Positions 30,060 through 39,219 of a DNA stretch of 64,000 nucleotides are shown piece after piece (the first letter of the stretch is position 1; the number at the start of each line of letters is the position of its first letter). The position numbers and the translations under genes were made by a program. Origin of the DNA: a virus (Duplodnaviria; Caudoviricetes); the IMG/VR virus record IMGVR_UViG_3300032167_003270, positions 64,001 through 128,000 of that record; one strand, given 5' to 3'. The notes beneath the pieces were generated by a model. The model ran no database searches, was not told the DNA's origin, and saw only the letters and a program-made list of their open reading frames with translations.

Positions 30060-31321
30060 TATAATACCTCTACTTCTTGTTCTATATAAATAGCCTTACC
30101 ACCACCTGTATTATAGGTATATATTGCGGGATAACAATAATTATTTCCACCTATCCAATTAGGATTTTTCTTATCAGTAATCATAAAAATATGATAATCA
30201 GAATTTACTGTAATACATCTAACAGGTTTTTTAAATAAAAGTTTTTTCTTTTCAAAAAGAGAATAATCTCTATTATAACCAATTATAGTATTTCCCTCTT
30301 GTAAATCTTTACAATGAATTGGTTCAAAATATTTATCATCTTCCAAATTAGTAGGTGTATATTTTATTTTAGGAAATCTATGAATTTCATCAGAAATAAC
30401 CTCAATACAATCAAATCCGTGACCAAAAACTAATTTATATACACTTTTTGGTTTACTTATAATATTATGAACTTCAATTACCTCTACAGGCGTATTATTA
30501 TATCCAAATACATAATCTCCAACCTCAATGGTTTCCATAGTTTTATAACCTTTAGTTGTAGGAATTATTGTATCAAGTCCTAAAGGAGAACCAACACACA
30601 ATGCTTGTGGGGCAGATGGAGTATCAACTGTTTTTGCAATTTTACCATCTTCATAAATATAATTTGACCTACCCTCATTCTTAAAAGAGTTAATATTCCA
30701 AGATACTTCTCCTAAACCAGAAAGACCAATAGGTATAAATTCTGCTGGACGCATCCAACTACCCTTATATTTAGCAATTTGAGGTGGTAATGGTGTGCCA
30801 ACAAATGCACATTCTCTTGAAGCAAAATCAAATTCATTTACCCACTCATAATTAGGTAAGAATTTATTTAACGATAAACATAAATTTACTGCTACTGTTT
30901 CTTTAAATGTATTAGGATTGATTTCAATAGTAATTCTATTTACTTGGTTTTTGTCATAACCTAATTTAAATGGTGGGTTATTCATATCAAGTTCTGCATT
31001 TTTAGGTAATACAGGAGAAAGTACATCAAATATTTTTTGTAATTCTTCTCTTTGTTTTTCAATAATTACCTTTTTAATAGTGGCTAGAATAACCATAGTC
31101 ATAATTATTAAAGTGGCATATACTCCACAAGTAATCCAAAATAGTTTTCTACTTAAATGTAAAGACTGTAATAATAGTCCAATTAGGAAAAATCCTAATA
31201 TAATAAGTGAATCTCTTTTTGAATATGAATATCCAACACTATTATCATCACTAATTCCTAATATTTTATTAGTTGCAAATTGACATAATGCAATCATTAC
31301 TAAAAATGTAAATATAAACAT
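30059..31321 (-). CDS. N-half of a second FtsK/SpoIIIE-type ATPase, with a contiguous intein and a terminal 11-aa IntN
   Basis: TM helices; FIPIGL...VSW...PQALCVGS[intein]TGGGK then AIYIEQEVEVL-stop. Splicing gives Walker A GSTGGGK without the final S/T. Confidence 0.85.
   Translation of the reverse strand: MFIFTFLVMIALCQFATNKILGISDDNSVGYSYSKRDSLIILGFFLIGLLLQSLHLSRKLFWITCGVYATLIIMTMVILATIKKVIIEKQREELQKIFDVLSPVLPKNAELDMNNPPFKLGYDKNQVNRITIEINPNTFKETVAVNLCLSLNKFLPNYEWVNEFDFASRECAFVGTPLPPQIAKYKGSWMRPAEFIPIGLSGLGEVSWNINSFKNEGRSNYIYEDGKIAKTVDTPSAPQALCVGSPLGLDTIIPTTKGYKTMETIEVGDYVFGYNNTPVEVIEVHNIISKPKSVYKLVFGHGFDCIEVISDEIHRFPKIKYTPTNLEDDKYFEPIHCKDLQEGNTIIGYNRDYSLFEKKKLLFKKPVRCITVNSDYHIFMITDKKNPNWIGGNNYCYPAIYTYNTGGGKAIYIEQEVEVL
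30062..30094 (-). other. IntN fragment, system 2 (11 aa, Ala start)
   Basis: Follows the P-loop GK, a well-known intein insertion site; AIYIEQEV resembles block A AL..DT.V. Confidence 0.65.
30110..30586 (-). other. Contiguous mini-intein, 159 aa, class-3-like
   Basis: PLGLDTIIPTTKGYKTMETIEVGDYVFG (A/N2), SDEIHRF (B), PVRCITV (F, with Cys) and IYTYN|T (G). Confidence 0.88.
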
Positions 31322-31475
31322 AATTTACCTCCATATATTATTATCTTAAAATTGTATACAAATCACAATCATCTCCATAGCGTATAATATCGCCTAATGA
31401 TTCAACTGAATCTACAATAGTATAAATTATCAAATATACTAGATACATAATATGTGTGTATATTTAATAATTATC

Positions 31476-31802
31476 CTATTGTAATAATGAAGATGTAAGT
31501 ATAATTGTATTATCTGTTGAATTATATAAATATACAAAAAAATTTAATAAATCTGTGTTTGTTTCTAATGTCATATCAATTACATCTAATCCGTCATATC
31601 TTAAAGTAATATAATAATCTTGTAAATTATCTTTTATAAAATTAAATAATTCTAGTTTTGTCATATCGTCTACATTAGGATTATGTGGTCTTATACAACT
31701 TTGTAATTCTGTTCTTGACGGTAATATAAATATTCTCATTGTTTTTGAATCAGTTTTTAACCATTGTAGGTTCTTAAATTGTGAAAATGTTATTGGGTTC
31801 AT
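31476..31802 (-). CDS. Hypothetical protein
   Basis: AGGAG RBS. Confidence 0.55.
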   Translation of the reverse strand: MNPITFSQFKNLQWLKTDSKTMRIFILPSRTELQSCIRPHNPNVDDMTKLELFNFIKDNLQDYYITLRYDGLDVIDMTLETNTDLLNFFVYLYNSTDNTIILTSSLLQ

Positions 31803-31816
31803 ATAAATATCTCCTT

Positions 31817-32197
31817 TTAATTATGTTTTCTAAATAAAGTCATACACTCTTTACAATATTCCTTAATTTCTTTTTCTGTATATCCCTCAATTTCTGCCAC
31901 ATCATAATCTGTGTCGTCATTAAAAAATACTTCATACCAATTATTTTCGTTAATTACAACTCTGTCGTCATCATAAGCTGTACCCTTTATAAATAACTTT
32001 TGTAATTCTTCTGGCATATCAGAAAAATGACTATATACATCGTCATTAAAAACAACAGTAACATATCCACGAACATCAATATCAACTGTGTCATTTCCAT
32101 CTTCATAATGACAAATATTTGTATTACTATCATAACACATACTATCTGGTAATTTACCATCTGAAAATTCATTTAAATCAACATACATTTTAAACAT
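31817..32197 (-). CDS. Acidic hypothetical protein
   Basis: GGGG RBS; ENNWYE motif. Confidence 0.6.
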   Translation of the reverse strand: MFKMYVDLNEFSDGKLPDSMCYDSNTNICHYEDGNDTVDIDVRGYVTVVFNDDVYSHFSDMPEELQKLFIKGTAYDDDRVVINENNWYEVFFNDDTDYDVAEIEGYTEKEIKEYCKECMTLFRKHN

Positions 32198-32216
32198 AAT
32201 TGTTCCCCCTTATTTA

Positions 32217-32672
32217 TTATTGTATAAGTTCATATAAACTCGTTTGTTCAATCTTATGTGCATAAGGAAAATCAGGTAAGTTTTTAACTTTATTTGTAAT
32301 AACATAAGTTATTAAAGATTTATCATTCAATGATGTTATAGAATAAGCGTATATTCCTAAAAGTGTTCCTATTTCCCAAACTGGAAATTCTTCTTTTGTG
32401 TGCTGTTTTGAATTAAATATAATATAAAAATCTTCTTCTATTGGAATAGTTAGTCCGTTAATACAACCTGGATGAATGTATTTATTAAATTCATTTTGTA
32501 ATTCTTTACCTAAAATATTTAAATATACTATTCCACCACAGATACCAAAATGTAATAATTTTTTTATTATTTCAATTCTACAATGGTTATCTTTAATAAT
32601 TATTTTATCTTCTGTTTCTTCTATATAATGTTTTGAAATATCTAATTCATATAAAAATTCTGGTATTGTCAT
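32217..32672 (-). CDS. Hypothetical protein
   Basis: AGGAG RBS. Confidence 0.55.
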   Translation of the reverse strand: MTIPEFLYELDISKHYIEETEDKIIIKDNHCRIEIIKKLLHFGICGGIVYLNILGKELQNEFNKYIHPGCINGLTIPIEEDFYIIFNSKQHTKEEFPVWEIGTLLGIYAYSITSLNDKSLITYVITNKVKNLPDFPYAHKIEQTSLYELIQ

Positions 32673-32685
32673 AATATTTCTCCTT

Positions 32686-33303
32686 TTAATTATCTAAATC
32701 TTCTAAATAATAATCTAAATCTTCTTTAAATGATTGTACTTGGTATTGTTTATACTTATCAATAATAGAATAACATTCAATAATAGGTTTACAATATTTT
32801 AATGCGTCTGAATAAAATTCATTTATAATATATTCTAATCCCTCTATTGCTCTTTCTTGGTATTCTACATCTTCTTCTTCGACAATCATACCACTAGCGT
32901 CTAAATTTATATAATCAAAATCATAAGCCCCAACTGCATTATTATATAAATCATAAATAATATAATTAGGTTTATCCATTTGTAAATCGTGTAAATAAAA
33001 ACTGCTAGTTCTTCCTATATAATGTTGTAATTTTTTAAATTCCCAATCATATTCGTCACATTCAAGTAAAAAGCGTTCATAATAATTCTCACAAAAGATA
33101 GAAAAATAATCTGTTCCACTGTGGAAATTTGTTTTTTCATACTCGGCTAATAATGGATAATCTTTTTCAAACTCTGTACTATAATACATATGTGCGTCAT
33201 ATAATTTTAAATCCATATAATTAAAAGCGTCTTTATGTTCATTAATATAATCAAGAACTTTTTTAATTACTTCATTTGCTTTAATTACATATTCTTTATA
33301 CAT
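32686..33303 (-). CDS. Hypothetical protein
   Basis: GGGGG RBS; YIGRTSSFY motif. Confidence 0.6.
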   Translation of the reverse strand: MYKEYVIKANEVIKKVLDYINEHKDAFNYMDLKLYDAHMYYSTEFEKDYPLLAEYEKTNFHSGTDYFSIFCENYYERFLLECDEYDWEFKKLQHYIGRTSSFYLHDLQMDKPNYIIYDLYNNAVGAYDFDYINLDASGMIVEEEDVEYQERAIEGLEYIINEFYSDALKYCKPIIECYSIIDKYKQYQVQSFKEDLDYYLEDLDN

Positions 33304-33373
33304 TATATATACCCCCTTATTTTATAAAAAATGACCTATCTTAATATAAAGATAAGTCATTGTTTAATTTCCA

Positions 33374-33604
33374 TTATATTTCAAGTAAATCAATATTTTC
33401 ACGCATTTTAGCCATTTCACTTGCAGGATTTATTGGAATAGCATACGCAAATATTTTTTCATAACTTAATTTTGCATTTAGTCCTAAAACAATTTCAGAT
33501 AATTGTTCTTTATTAAAATCACTTTTATCAAAGAAACAAAATAAGAAAAACCTATCTAATTCCGTAATCATAACATATTCATCTCCTTTCAAGCATATTA
33601 ACAC
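33374..33604 (-). CDS. Small protein; paralog of 35285-35479
   Basis: FDKSDFNKEQLSEIVLGL...YA.P...M..MRE. Confidence 0.6.
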   Translation of the reverse strand: MLICLKGDEYVMITELDRFFLFCFFDKSDFNKEQLSEIVLGLNAKLSYEKIFAYAIPINPASEMAKMRENIDLLEI

Positions 33605-33676
33605 TCTATTATTATTAAATAGGGCTTAAAAGAAAGTAGGACTTATCCAAATAACGAATAAGTCCTATTATATATG

Positions 33677-35275
33677 TTACATTGTTTCTAATGTATCTAA
33701 AGCATTATTTAAGTCTACTAAATAGTCCTTAAATTCAGGAATACCTTCAATCAATATAATTGAGCGTTTAATTGCCTTTTTAAGGTCTGCCTTTGTTTTA
33801 ACTTTTACAGTATATTCAAGGTCGTGTTTATCTTCTTCGATTTTGAATAAATATTTATGTACATCCTCTTTAGATTTAGTATCTTCAATTTTTTCCATTG
33901 TAATAATTTCAACATCAGGTGTATCTTTTAAACTAATAGCAATTTTACCCATATCTAATGACATAGGAACAAAACTCTTTGAAGATATAAATAAATCTTT
34001 AAATTCTTCTTCATCATAGTAATCTTCTTCGTCATAGTCTTCTGTTTCAACAACCTCATATTTTGCGACAAGAGTTGGAACACTATCAATAAGTCCTTTA
34101 TCCTTAAAGAAACCAACTAAAATTGAAGAATCTGTACCACTCTTTTCAATAAGGGTTATAAAATCACTAAAATCTTCGGTAGGAATAGTTTTAATCATTT
34201 CAGCAACAGTTTTAGTATCTTCAACTTTACACAAATCTACAACTGCTTTTACATCTCTTGTACCAAACTTATCAAAACTATTCATATAAATAACTAATTC
34301 TTCATCAGATAATGACGCTGTATCGAAAATTAAAGTAAATACGTCATATTTATCTAAATATGCTTTATAAACATCTGGTGAAATTTTATTAGTTCTTAAT
34401 CGTTTAAGTAATGTAATAATTCGGTCATCTGTTGTAGGCTTACCACTTGCAAAATACAATGTATAATCAGCACCACCATATTTATTACAAAGAGTTATAT
34501 CTGATACTTTATAACATTCTTTTGTAATAAATAAATTGATAATATCTGACTTACTAAAAATAACTGATTTATCAGCAAAGTTAATTATTTTATTCAAATC
34601 ATTTTCTGAAAAAGATTTTAAATTCTTTAACCAAGTTTCTTTAATAGTTATATGACTTAACATTTCACTTAATTTAATGAAATTATTAATAGTAGTAGTA
34701 TTGAAACTATCCAAATTATAATATAACTCTTTAATAATTTCAATATTTCCAAAACTATCAAGAACTTTAAGGAATAATCTAAATCTCTCAATATCAATTT
34801 TTCCGTTGATAAAATCAGTAATTGCTAATTTAACATAAGTGGATTTTGTGTTTGTTGATAATTTAGATAATAAGTTAATATCATCTTCTGTGATAGATGC
34901 TTCTTTTTCTAATAAGATACGGATAATTTTTCTATTCTTAATATCAGGTCTAGCAATAATATCTAATTTATCTTTAGATAAGTGACGAGATTTACCAATA
35001 TATAATTGTTGTACTACATCGTCTGCTTGGTCGCCATAAGATTGATATTTACTAATTTCTCCAACTGAAAGTTTATTACCACCCACAACATAGTCCATAA
35101 GTAAACCCATAGAAAGTGGAGATAACCAGGGATGTGCAATTTGTGCAATAGTTGATTCGTCAATTTTAGCATTATACATATCATTAATTACAAATGACTG
35201 TTCGGCAGAAAATTGGTCACTTGTATAAATTGAATCTGATAATGCTTTATCTGTTAAAATACTCATTTCTTCCAT
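33677..35275 (-). CDS. Helical protein with an N-terminal F..EQ repeat and a C-terminal element-specific domain
   Basis: 532-aa ORF with paralogous segments shared with neighbouring genes. Confidence 0.65.
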   Translation of the reverse strand: MEEMSILTDKALSDSIYTSDQFSAEQSFVINDMYNAKIDESTIAQIAHPWLSPLSMGLLMDYVVGGNKLSVGEISKYQSYGDQADDVVQQLYIGKSRHLSKDKLDIIARPDIKNRKIIRILLEKEASITEDDINLLSKLSTNTKSTYVKLAITDFINGKIDIERFRLFLKVLDSFGNIEIIKELYYNLDSFNTTTINNFIKLSEMLSHITIKETWLKNLKSFSENDLNKIINFADKSVIFSKSDIINLFITKECYKVSDITLCNKYGGADYTLYFASGKPTTDDRIITLLKRLRTNKISPDVYKAYLDKYDVFTLIFDTASLSDEELVIYMNSFDKFGTRDVKAVVDLCKVEDTKTVAEMIKTIPTEDFSDFITLIEKSGTDSSILVGFFKDKGLIDSVPTLVAKYEVVETEDYDEEDYYDEEEFKDLFISSKSFVPMSLDMGKIAISLKDTPDVEIITMEKIEDTKSKEDVHKYLFKIEEDKHDLEYTVKVKTKADLKKAIKRSIILIEGIPEFKDYLVDLNNALDTLETM

Positions 35276-35284
35276 CTCTCCTTT

Positions 35285-35479
35285 TTATACCGATAGTTTT
35301 ATTTTGTGTTTATGTAATTTACTTTCACGCATTTCTTTCATTTTATTAGCGTCTATTGTGGGTAAAGCATAATTTACCTCAATACCTGCTAATAAACCTA
35401 ATTTAATTTCTTTTAATTGAGCCTCATTAAAATCCCATTCGTCAAAGACACAATTACAAAAGAATTTACCAAGTACCAT
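35285..35479 (-). CDS. Small protein; paralog of 33374-33604
   Basis: FDEWDFNEAQLKEIKLGL...YALP...MKEMRE. Confidence 0.6.
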   Translation of the reverse strand: MVLGKFFCNCVFDEWDFNEAQLKEIKLGLLAGIEVNYALPTIDANKMKEMRESKLHKHKIKLSV

Positions 35480-35496
35480 AATAATTTCCTTTCTCT

Positions 35497-35982
35497 TTAA
35501 TAATCTAATAAAGTTCCTGTTTTTGTGTCAATGATACGCTGATTAAGAGAGCCTTTAAATGCTAATGTAGTATCTTTTAAATCTTCTCTAAATTCTCCAT
35601 CTACTACAACATCTACATATTTCATTACTTCTAAATCCTTTGAATCTCTATAAAGATTTCCTGTATATAACCAAATTGTCTTATTTGGAAATCTCTCTTT
35701 AAATTCTTTACATAATGCTGTTACTTCTTTAATGTTCTTTTTATATAATGGGTCGCCTCCAGAAATAGTTAATCCATCAATATTATCAGTTATACAACTA
35801 AATAAATATTCTTTTGTTTTTTCTGTAAAAGGTGTTCCATTATTAGGATTCCAACTCTCTTTATTGTGACATCCTTTACAATGGTGGCTACAACCACTCA
35901 CAAATAATACAGTACGCCAACCTATTCCATCAGCAATACTTGTTTTGTATATTGACATATAATTCATATAATTTTCCTCCAA
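35497..35982 (-). CDS. nrdG: Anaerobic ribonucleotide reductase activating enzyme
   Basis: DG.G.R.VLFVSGCSHHCKGCHN (CxxxCxxC), GLTISGGDP, WLYTG, DVVVDGEF and GS.NQR. Confidence 0.93.
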   Translation of the reverse strand: MEENYMNYMSIYKTSIADGIGWRTVLFVSGCSHHCKGCHNKESWNPNNGTPFTEKTKEYLFSCITDNIDGLTISGGDPLYKKNIKEVTALCKEFKERFPNKTIWLYTGNLYRDSKDLEVMKYVDVVVDGEFREDLKDTTLAFKGSLNQRIIDTKTGTLLDY

Positions 35983-36006
35983 ATTCTCTTATAATTAAAT
36001 ATATCT

Positions 36007-36450
36007 TTAAATATTTAATTCATTCTTAATACTAGCCAACATATTTAAGATTTTGACTTGTTTATCTTTATCATATTCAATCTCATCAACTGCTTCTTCA
36101 TATAATTTGGCTGTATAATAAAATACTACTTTATCTTTAAATTCTTTACCTGCAAATTTTGTGTTCTTTAAATATGCTTTTGCATCAGAACCCCAATGTT
36201 GATAACCTGGTCCAAATATATCACTACCAGATTCGTCATAAATAATGTCGAATACATCTTGTGGATTGTCAAAGAAACTATATGCAGCTTCTGCATCTCC
36301 GTCATAATAAGAATTTACCCATTGCCATTGACTTTCCGAGCAATATTTAACATTTCGTACCAATTTTTTTTGATGTTCATTATACTCATCCACACCTAAA
36401 TAAGATTTAAGTTTATTTCCTAAACCTAATTCTTGTCTGTACTCAACCAT
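36007..36450 (-). CDS. Hypothetical protein
   Basis: AGGAGG RBS. Confidence 0.6.
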   Translation of the reverse strand: MVEYRQELGLGNKLKSYLGVDEYNEHQKKLVRNVKYCSESQWQWVNSYYDGDAEAAYSFFDNPQDVFDIIYDESGSDIFGPGYQHWGSDAKAYLKNTKFAGKEFKDKVVFYYTAKLYEEAVDEIEYDKDKQVKILNMLASIKNELNI

Positions 36451-36465
36451 AAATAATTCCTCCTT

Positions 36466-36888
36466 TTATTTTAACATTGCTATATTTAATACTGTGTGAT
36501 AACATTTCATATTTGGAACATATCCACTAAAAAATATTTTATCATCATTTGTAAGCCATTTTGACAATGCAGCACAAATTCCAGCACTTCTTGAAATACC
36601 TGCGTCACAATGTACGATTATTAAATCAATAGAATTTTTATAATCATCTACAAATTCAACAATTTGTTTTGCTTGTAATTCTGATATAGGCATTTCATCC
36701 CCATATTGTTCTTCTACATCATCAAATGCTAATTTTAATATAGCCATTATATTATTTTTAAATGTAATATCTACATTTGGTCTTGTTTTATCCGAAGGAG
36801 TTTTAATTGAAATCATAATTGATTTATCATTATGTGTTTCTTTACAATATTTCTCTGCTTCATTTCTACTAAATACTTGAAATTTCAT
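36466..36888 (-). CDS. Cys-based (PTP/DSP-like) protein phosphatase
   Basis: IIVHCDAGISRSA matches HCx5R; also FDD and PN motifs. Confidence 0.8.
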   Translation of the reverse strand: MKFQVFSRNEAEKYCKETHNDKSIMISIKTPSDKTRPNVDITFKNNIMAILKLAFDDVEEQYGDEMPISELQAKQIVEFVDDYKNSIDLIIVHCDAGISRSAGICAALSKWLTNDDKIFFSGYVPNMKCYHTVLNIAMLK

Positions 36889-36889
36889 T

Positions 36890-37447
36890 CTATTCTCCTT
36901 TTTCTAATATCTTTTTCATTTGTTGTCTATATATAAAATAAATGACTAATAGTAATAAGGATATAAACTCACTAGAATTAATCATAAAACGGTCAAAATC
37001 ACTCATCATATTTTGCATTATAATAGGTATATTGTTTTCTAGCATATATATACATTTTGCAAAATATCTTGCATAACTAATTAAAGTTAAAAATTTCCAA
37101 ACAATACTAATTCCAAATAAACTTAAACATATAATATTTATTTTATTTGAAAATGGATTAAACTTATTTGTATTTTTATACACTCTTATAATTAAATAGG
37201 GCGAGATTATTATTAGTCCGTGAATAATTATCCACATAAATAATCCATATAATACAGTTAATTTTATGTCTGTTATAAAAGGAAATGGTACTATATTATA
37301 TAAAAAACTTAATATAAGCGATATATAAATAGGAATACATCCTTTTATCCATACCTTTTTCATTTGTTCTTTGTCTTTATGCTTTAAATTTAAGAACACA
37401 CTTAATAAACAAAGAATACTAATTAAATCAAAATAAAATGCTGTCAT
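36890..37447 (-). CDS. Multi-pass membrane protein
   Basis: About 5 hydrophobic segments. Confidence 0.6.
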   Translation of the reverse strand: MTAFYFDLISILCLLSVFLNLKHKDKEQMKKVWIKGCIPIYISLILSFLYNIVPFPFITDIKLTVLYGLFMWIIIHGLIIISPYLIIRVYKNTNKFNPFSNKINIICLSLFGISIVWKFLTLISYARYFAKCIYMLENNIPIIMQNMMSDFDRFMINSSEFISLLLLVIYFIYRQQMKKILEKGE

Positions 37448-37499
37448 TTAATAATTTCCTTTCTATTAAAAAAATAGCCTAGATTTATAAACTAGGCTA

Positions 37500-37763
37500 T
37501 TATAAATTTCGTTCTAAATCTTCTATTCTATTATATAAAAATTCATCTTCAAAGTTTACACTTTGACAAAAAGGTTTAAGATTTAAACAATCACTACATT
37601 GACACGATATAAATAATTGACTATAAGCATTATCATAATTTTCAAAGATTTCTCTTGTAGATTTCATTCTCATAGCAAATTCTTGATATTTATGTCGTTC
37701 TATATATGTATAATATTCTTTTTCACAATTTACGCATATAAAATTATATTTCAATAATTCCAT
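37500..37763 (-). CDS. Small Zn-ribbon-like protein
   Basis: CVNC...CSDC. Confidence 0.5.
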   Translation of the reverse strand: MELLKYNFICVNCEKEYYTYIERHKYQEFAMRMKSTREIFENYDNAYSQLFISCQCSDCLNLKPFCQSVNFEDEFLYNRIEDLERNL

Positions 37764-37776
37764 TTTTATATCACTC

Positions 37777-38175
37777 CTAAAATCTATTTGATATTAGTAT
37801 TGATAAATTAAATTCATTATGTGTAATAGTAAAAGTATAATTCTTATTGTGGAAATTTAATTCATTTACTTTTCTATATTTCATACCTAAATTATTCTTA
37901 ATCAAGTTTATAGTTGTTTCAAAATTATTAGTAATGTTAGGTAAATTGTATATATTAATGGCATTATATACTGTAAATAGTAGTTTAATCTGATTATTCC
38001 TATCTATATGTATATTCAAAACACCACTAATATTACAAAATACCACATTAACAATAGTATAAGTCTTTATACCATTTTGAATTTCATAGGATATATCATA
38101 TGACCCTAAAAACTTTAATATTGGTGTATTATCAATATAAATTTGTTTGTTTGTCACAGATAAATAATAAATCAT
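37777..38175 (-). CDS. Hypothetical protein
   Basis: ORF in a run. Confidence 0.45.
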   Translation of the reverse strand: MIYYLSVTNKQIYIDNTPILKFLGSYDISYEIQNGIKTYTIVNVVFCNISGVLNIHIDRNNQIKLLFTVYNAINIYNLPNITNNFETTINLIKNNLGMKYRKVNELNFHNKNYTFTITHNEFNLSILISNRF

Positions 38176-38190
38176 AAGTCTATTCTCTCA

Positions 38191-38391
38191 TTAGTTTACT
38201 AATTCAAAAGTATTATTTACACATTCTCCAATTTCTTGAAGTTTATTTAAGGCTTTTGTTGCATTTCCCTTTGTATTATATACTTTTGCTTTTTCATAAT
38301 CATAGGTATTTACAAAATGTCCACCTTTAGTATCAATAGACTCTACATATCCTGATTCATTGCTATACTTGTTTGTCCATTTAATCTTCAT
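38191..38391 (-). CDS. Small hypothetical protein
   Basis: AGGAG RBS within the end of the upstream gene. Confidence 0.55.
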   Translation of the reverse strand: MKIKWTNKYSNESGYVESIDTKGGHFVNTYDYEKAKVYNTKGNATKALNKLQEIGECVNNTFELVN

Positions 38392-38393
38392 CT

Positions 38394-39191
38394 CTAATTA
38401 TTCTCCTTTAACTTATCAAACATAAAGTTTGTATTTTTATCTTGGGAAATCACAAAATGTTCCCCATACTTCGGTTTACTATCTAAAAATTTAGTATTAT
38501 AAAACATATGATTTAAGTCTGTTGCCTTTCTAGTATCAACATTCACTATAAACCCACTAGGTATTGTGGTCTGTCCAAACATATACTCCATATTTTCTAC
38601 ATTTGATGTATTAAACTCTTCTGGTAATTGAAAATTACTTGGAATTTTTGTTTTATAAAACATATACCTAGTATATTTTAGATTATTTGTATTAGATAAG
38701 CAAGGACTAATATCTAAATTACTTGGTATTCTACTACCTACAAATAATAAAGATAAGTCTATTATATCTTTTACAATAAATCTCTTACTAAATTTTAAAT
38801 TGTCTGGAAGTTTCATCCAAGAAAATAATCCCACTAAACTGGACGCATTTATTGGGGTTTCAATCGGACAACCATCATATCGACTTGTATTAAATCTTAA
38901 TATACTTTGATTATCCCAATCCTTATCAGTATGATAGTGGTCCGAATTGTATATTACCCAATTTTTGTTTCCTGTTGTTTCGTGAAAGAATTTGTAATTT
39001 GGAACTCCCAATCGCTCTAATAATCGCAATCTATCATATTCATCATATGGATTTATAAAATATGAATTACCATCTGCATAAATATGGGCTTTATCAAATT
39101 GTTCGTGAAATGCAATTTCTTCATTTGTAGCACCACCCATTATGCAAATAAGTTCTTGCTCTTTAGAGTTGTCTTTAAGTGCAAACGCCAT
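38394..39191 (-). CDS. DUF285/BspA-like repeat protein
   Basis: FNTSNVENMEYMF, DTRKATDLNHMFY and YTRYMFY repeats. Confidence 0.6.
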   Translation of the reverse strand: MAFALKDNSKEQELICIMGGATNEEIAFHEQFDKAHIYADGNSYFINPYDEYDRLRLLERLGVPNYKFFHETTGNKNWVIYNSDHYHTDKDWDNQSILRFNTSRYDGCPIETPINASSLVGLFSWMKLPDNLKFSKRFIVKDIIDLSLLFVGSRIPSNLDISPCLSNTNNLKYTRYMFYKTKIPSNFQLPEEFNTSNVENMEYMFGQTTIPSGFIVNVDTRKATDLNHMFYNTKFLDSKPKYGEHFVISQDKNTNFMFDKLKENN

Positions 39192-39219
39192 TTCTTTCTA
39201 CCTACCTTTATTTTTCCCT

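Noticed and set aside
969-30109. Pairing the 30059-31321 N-half with the 197-1091 C-half
   Set aside because: It would give GSTGGGK-SGKS (duplicated P-loop end). This IntC also lacks the block-F Cys that an Ala-start intein would need.
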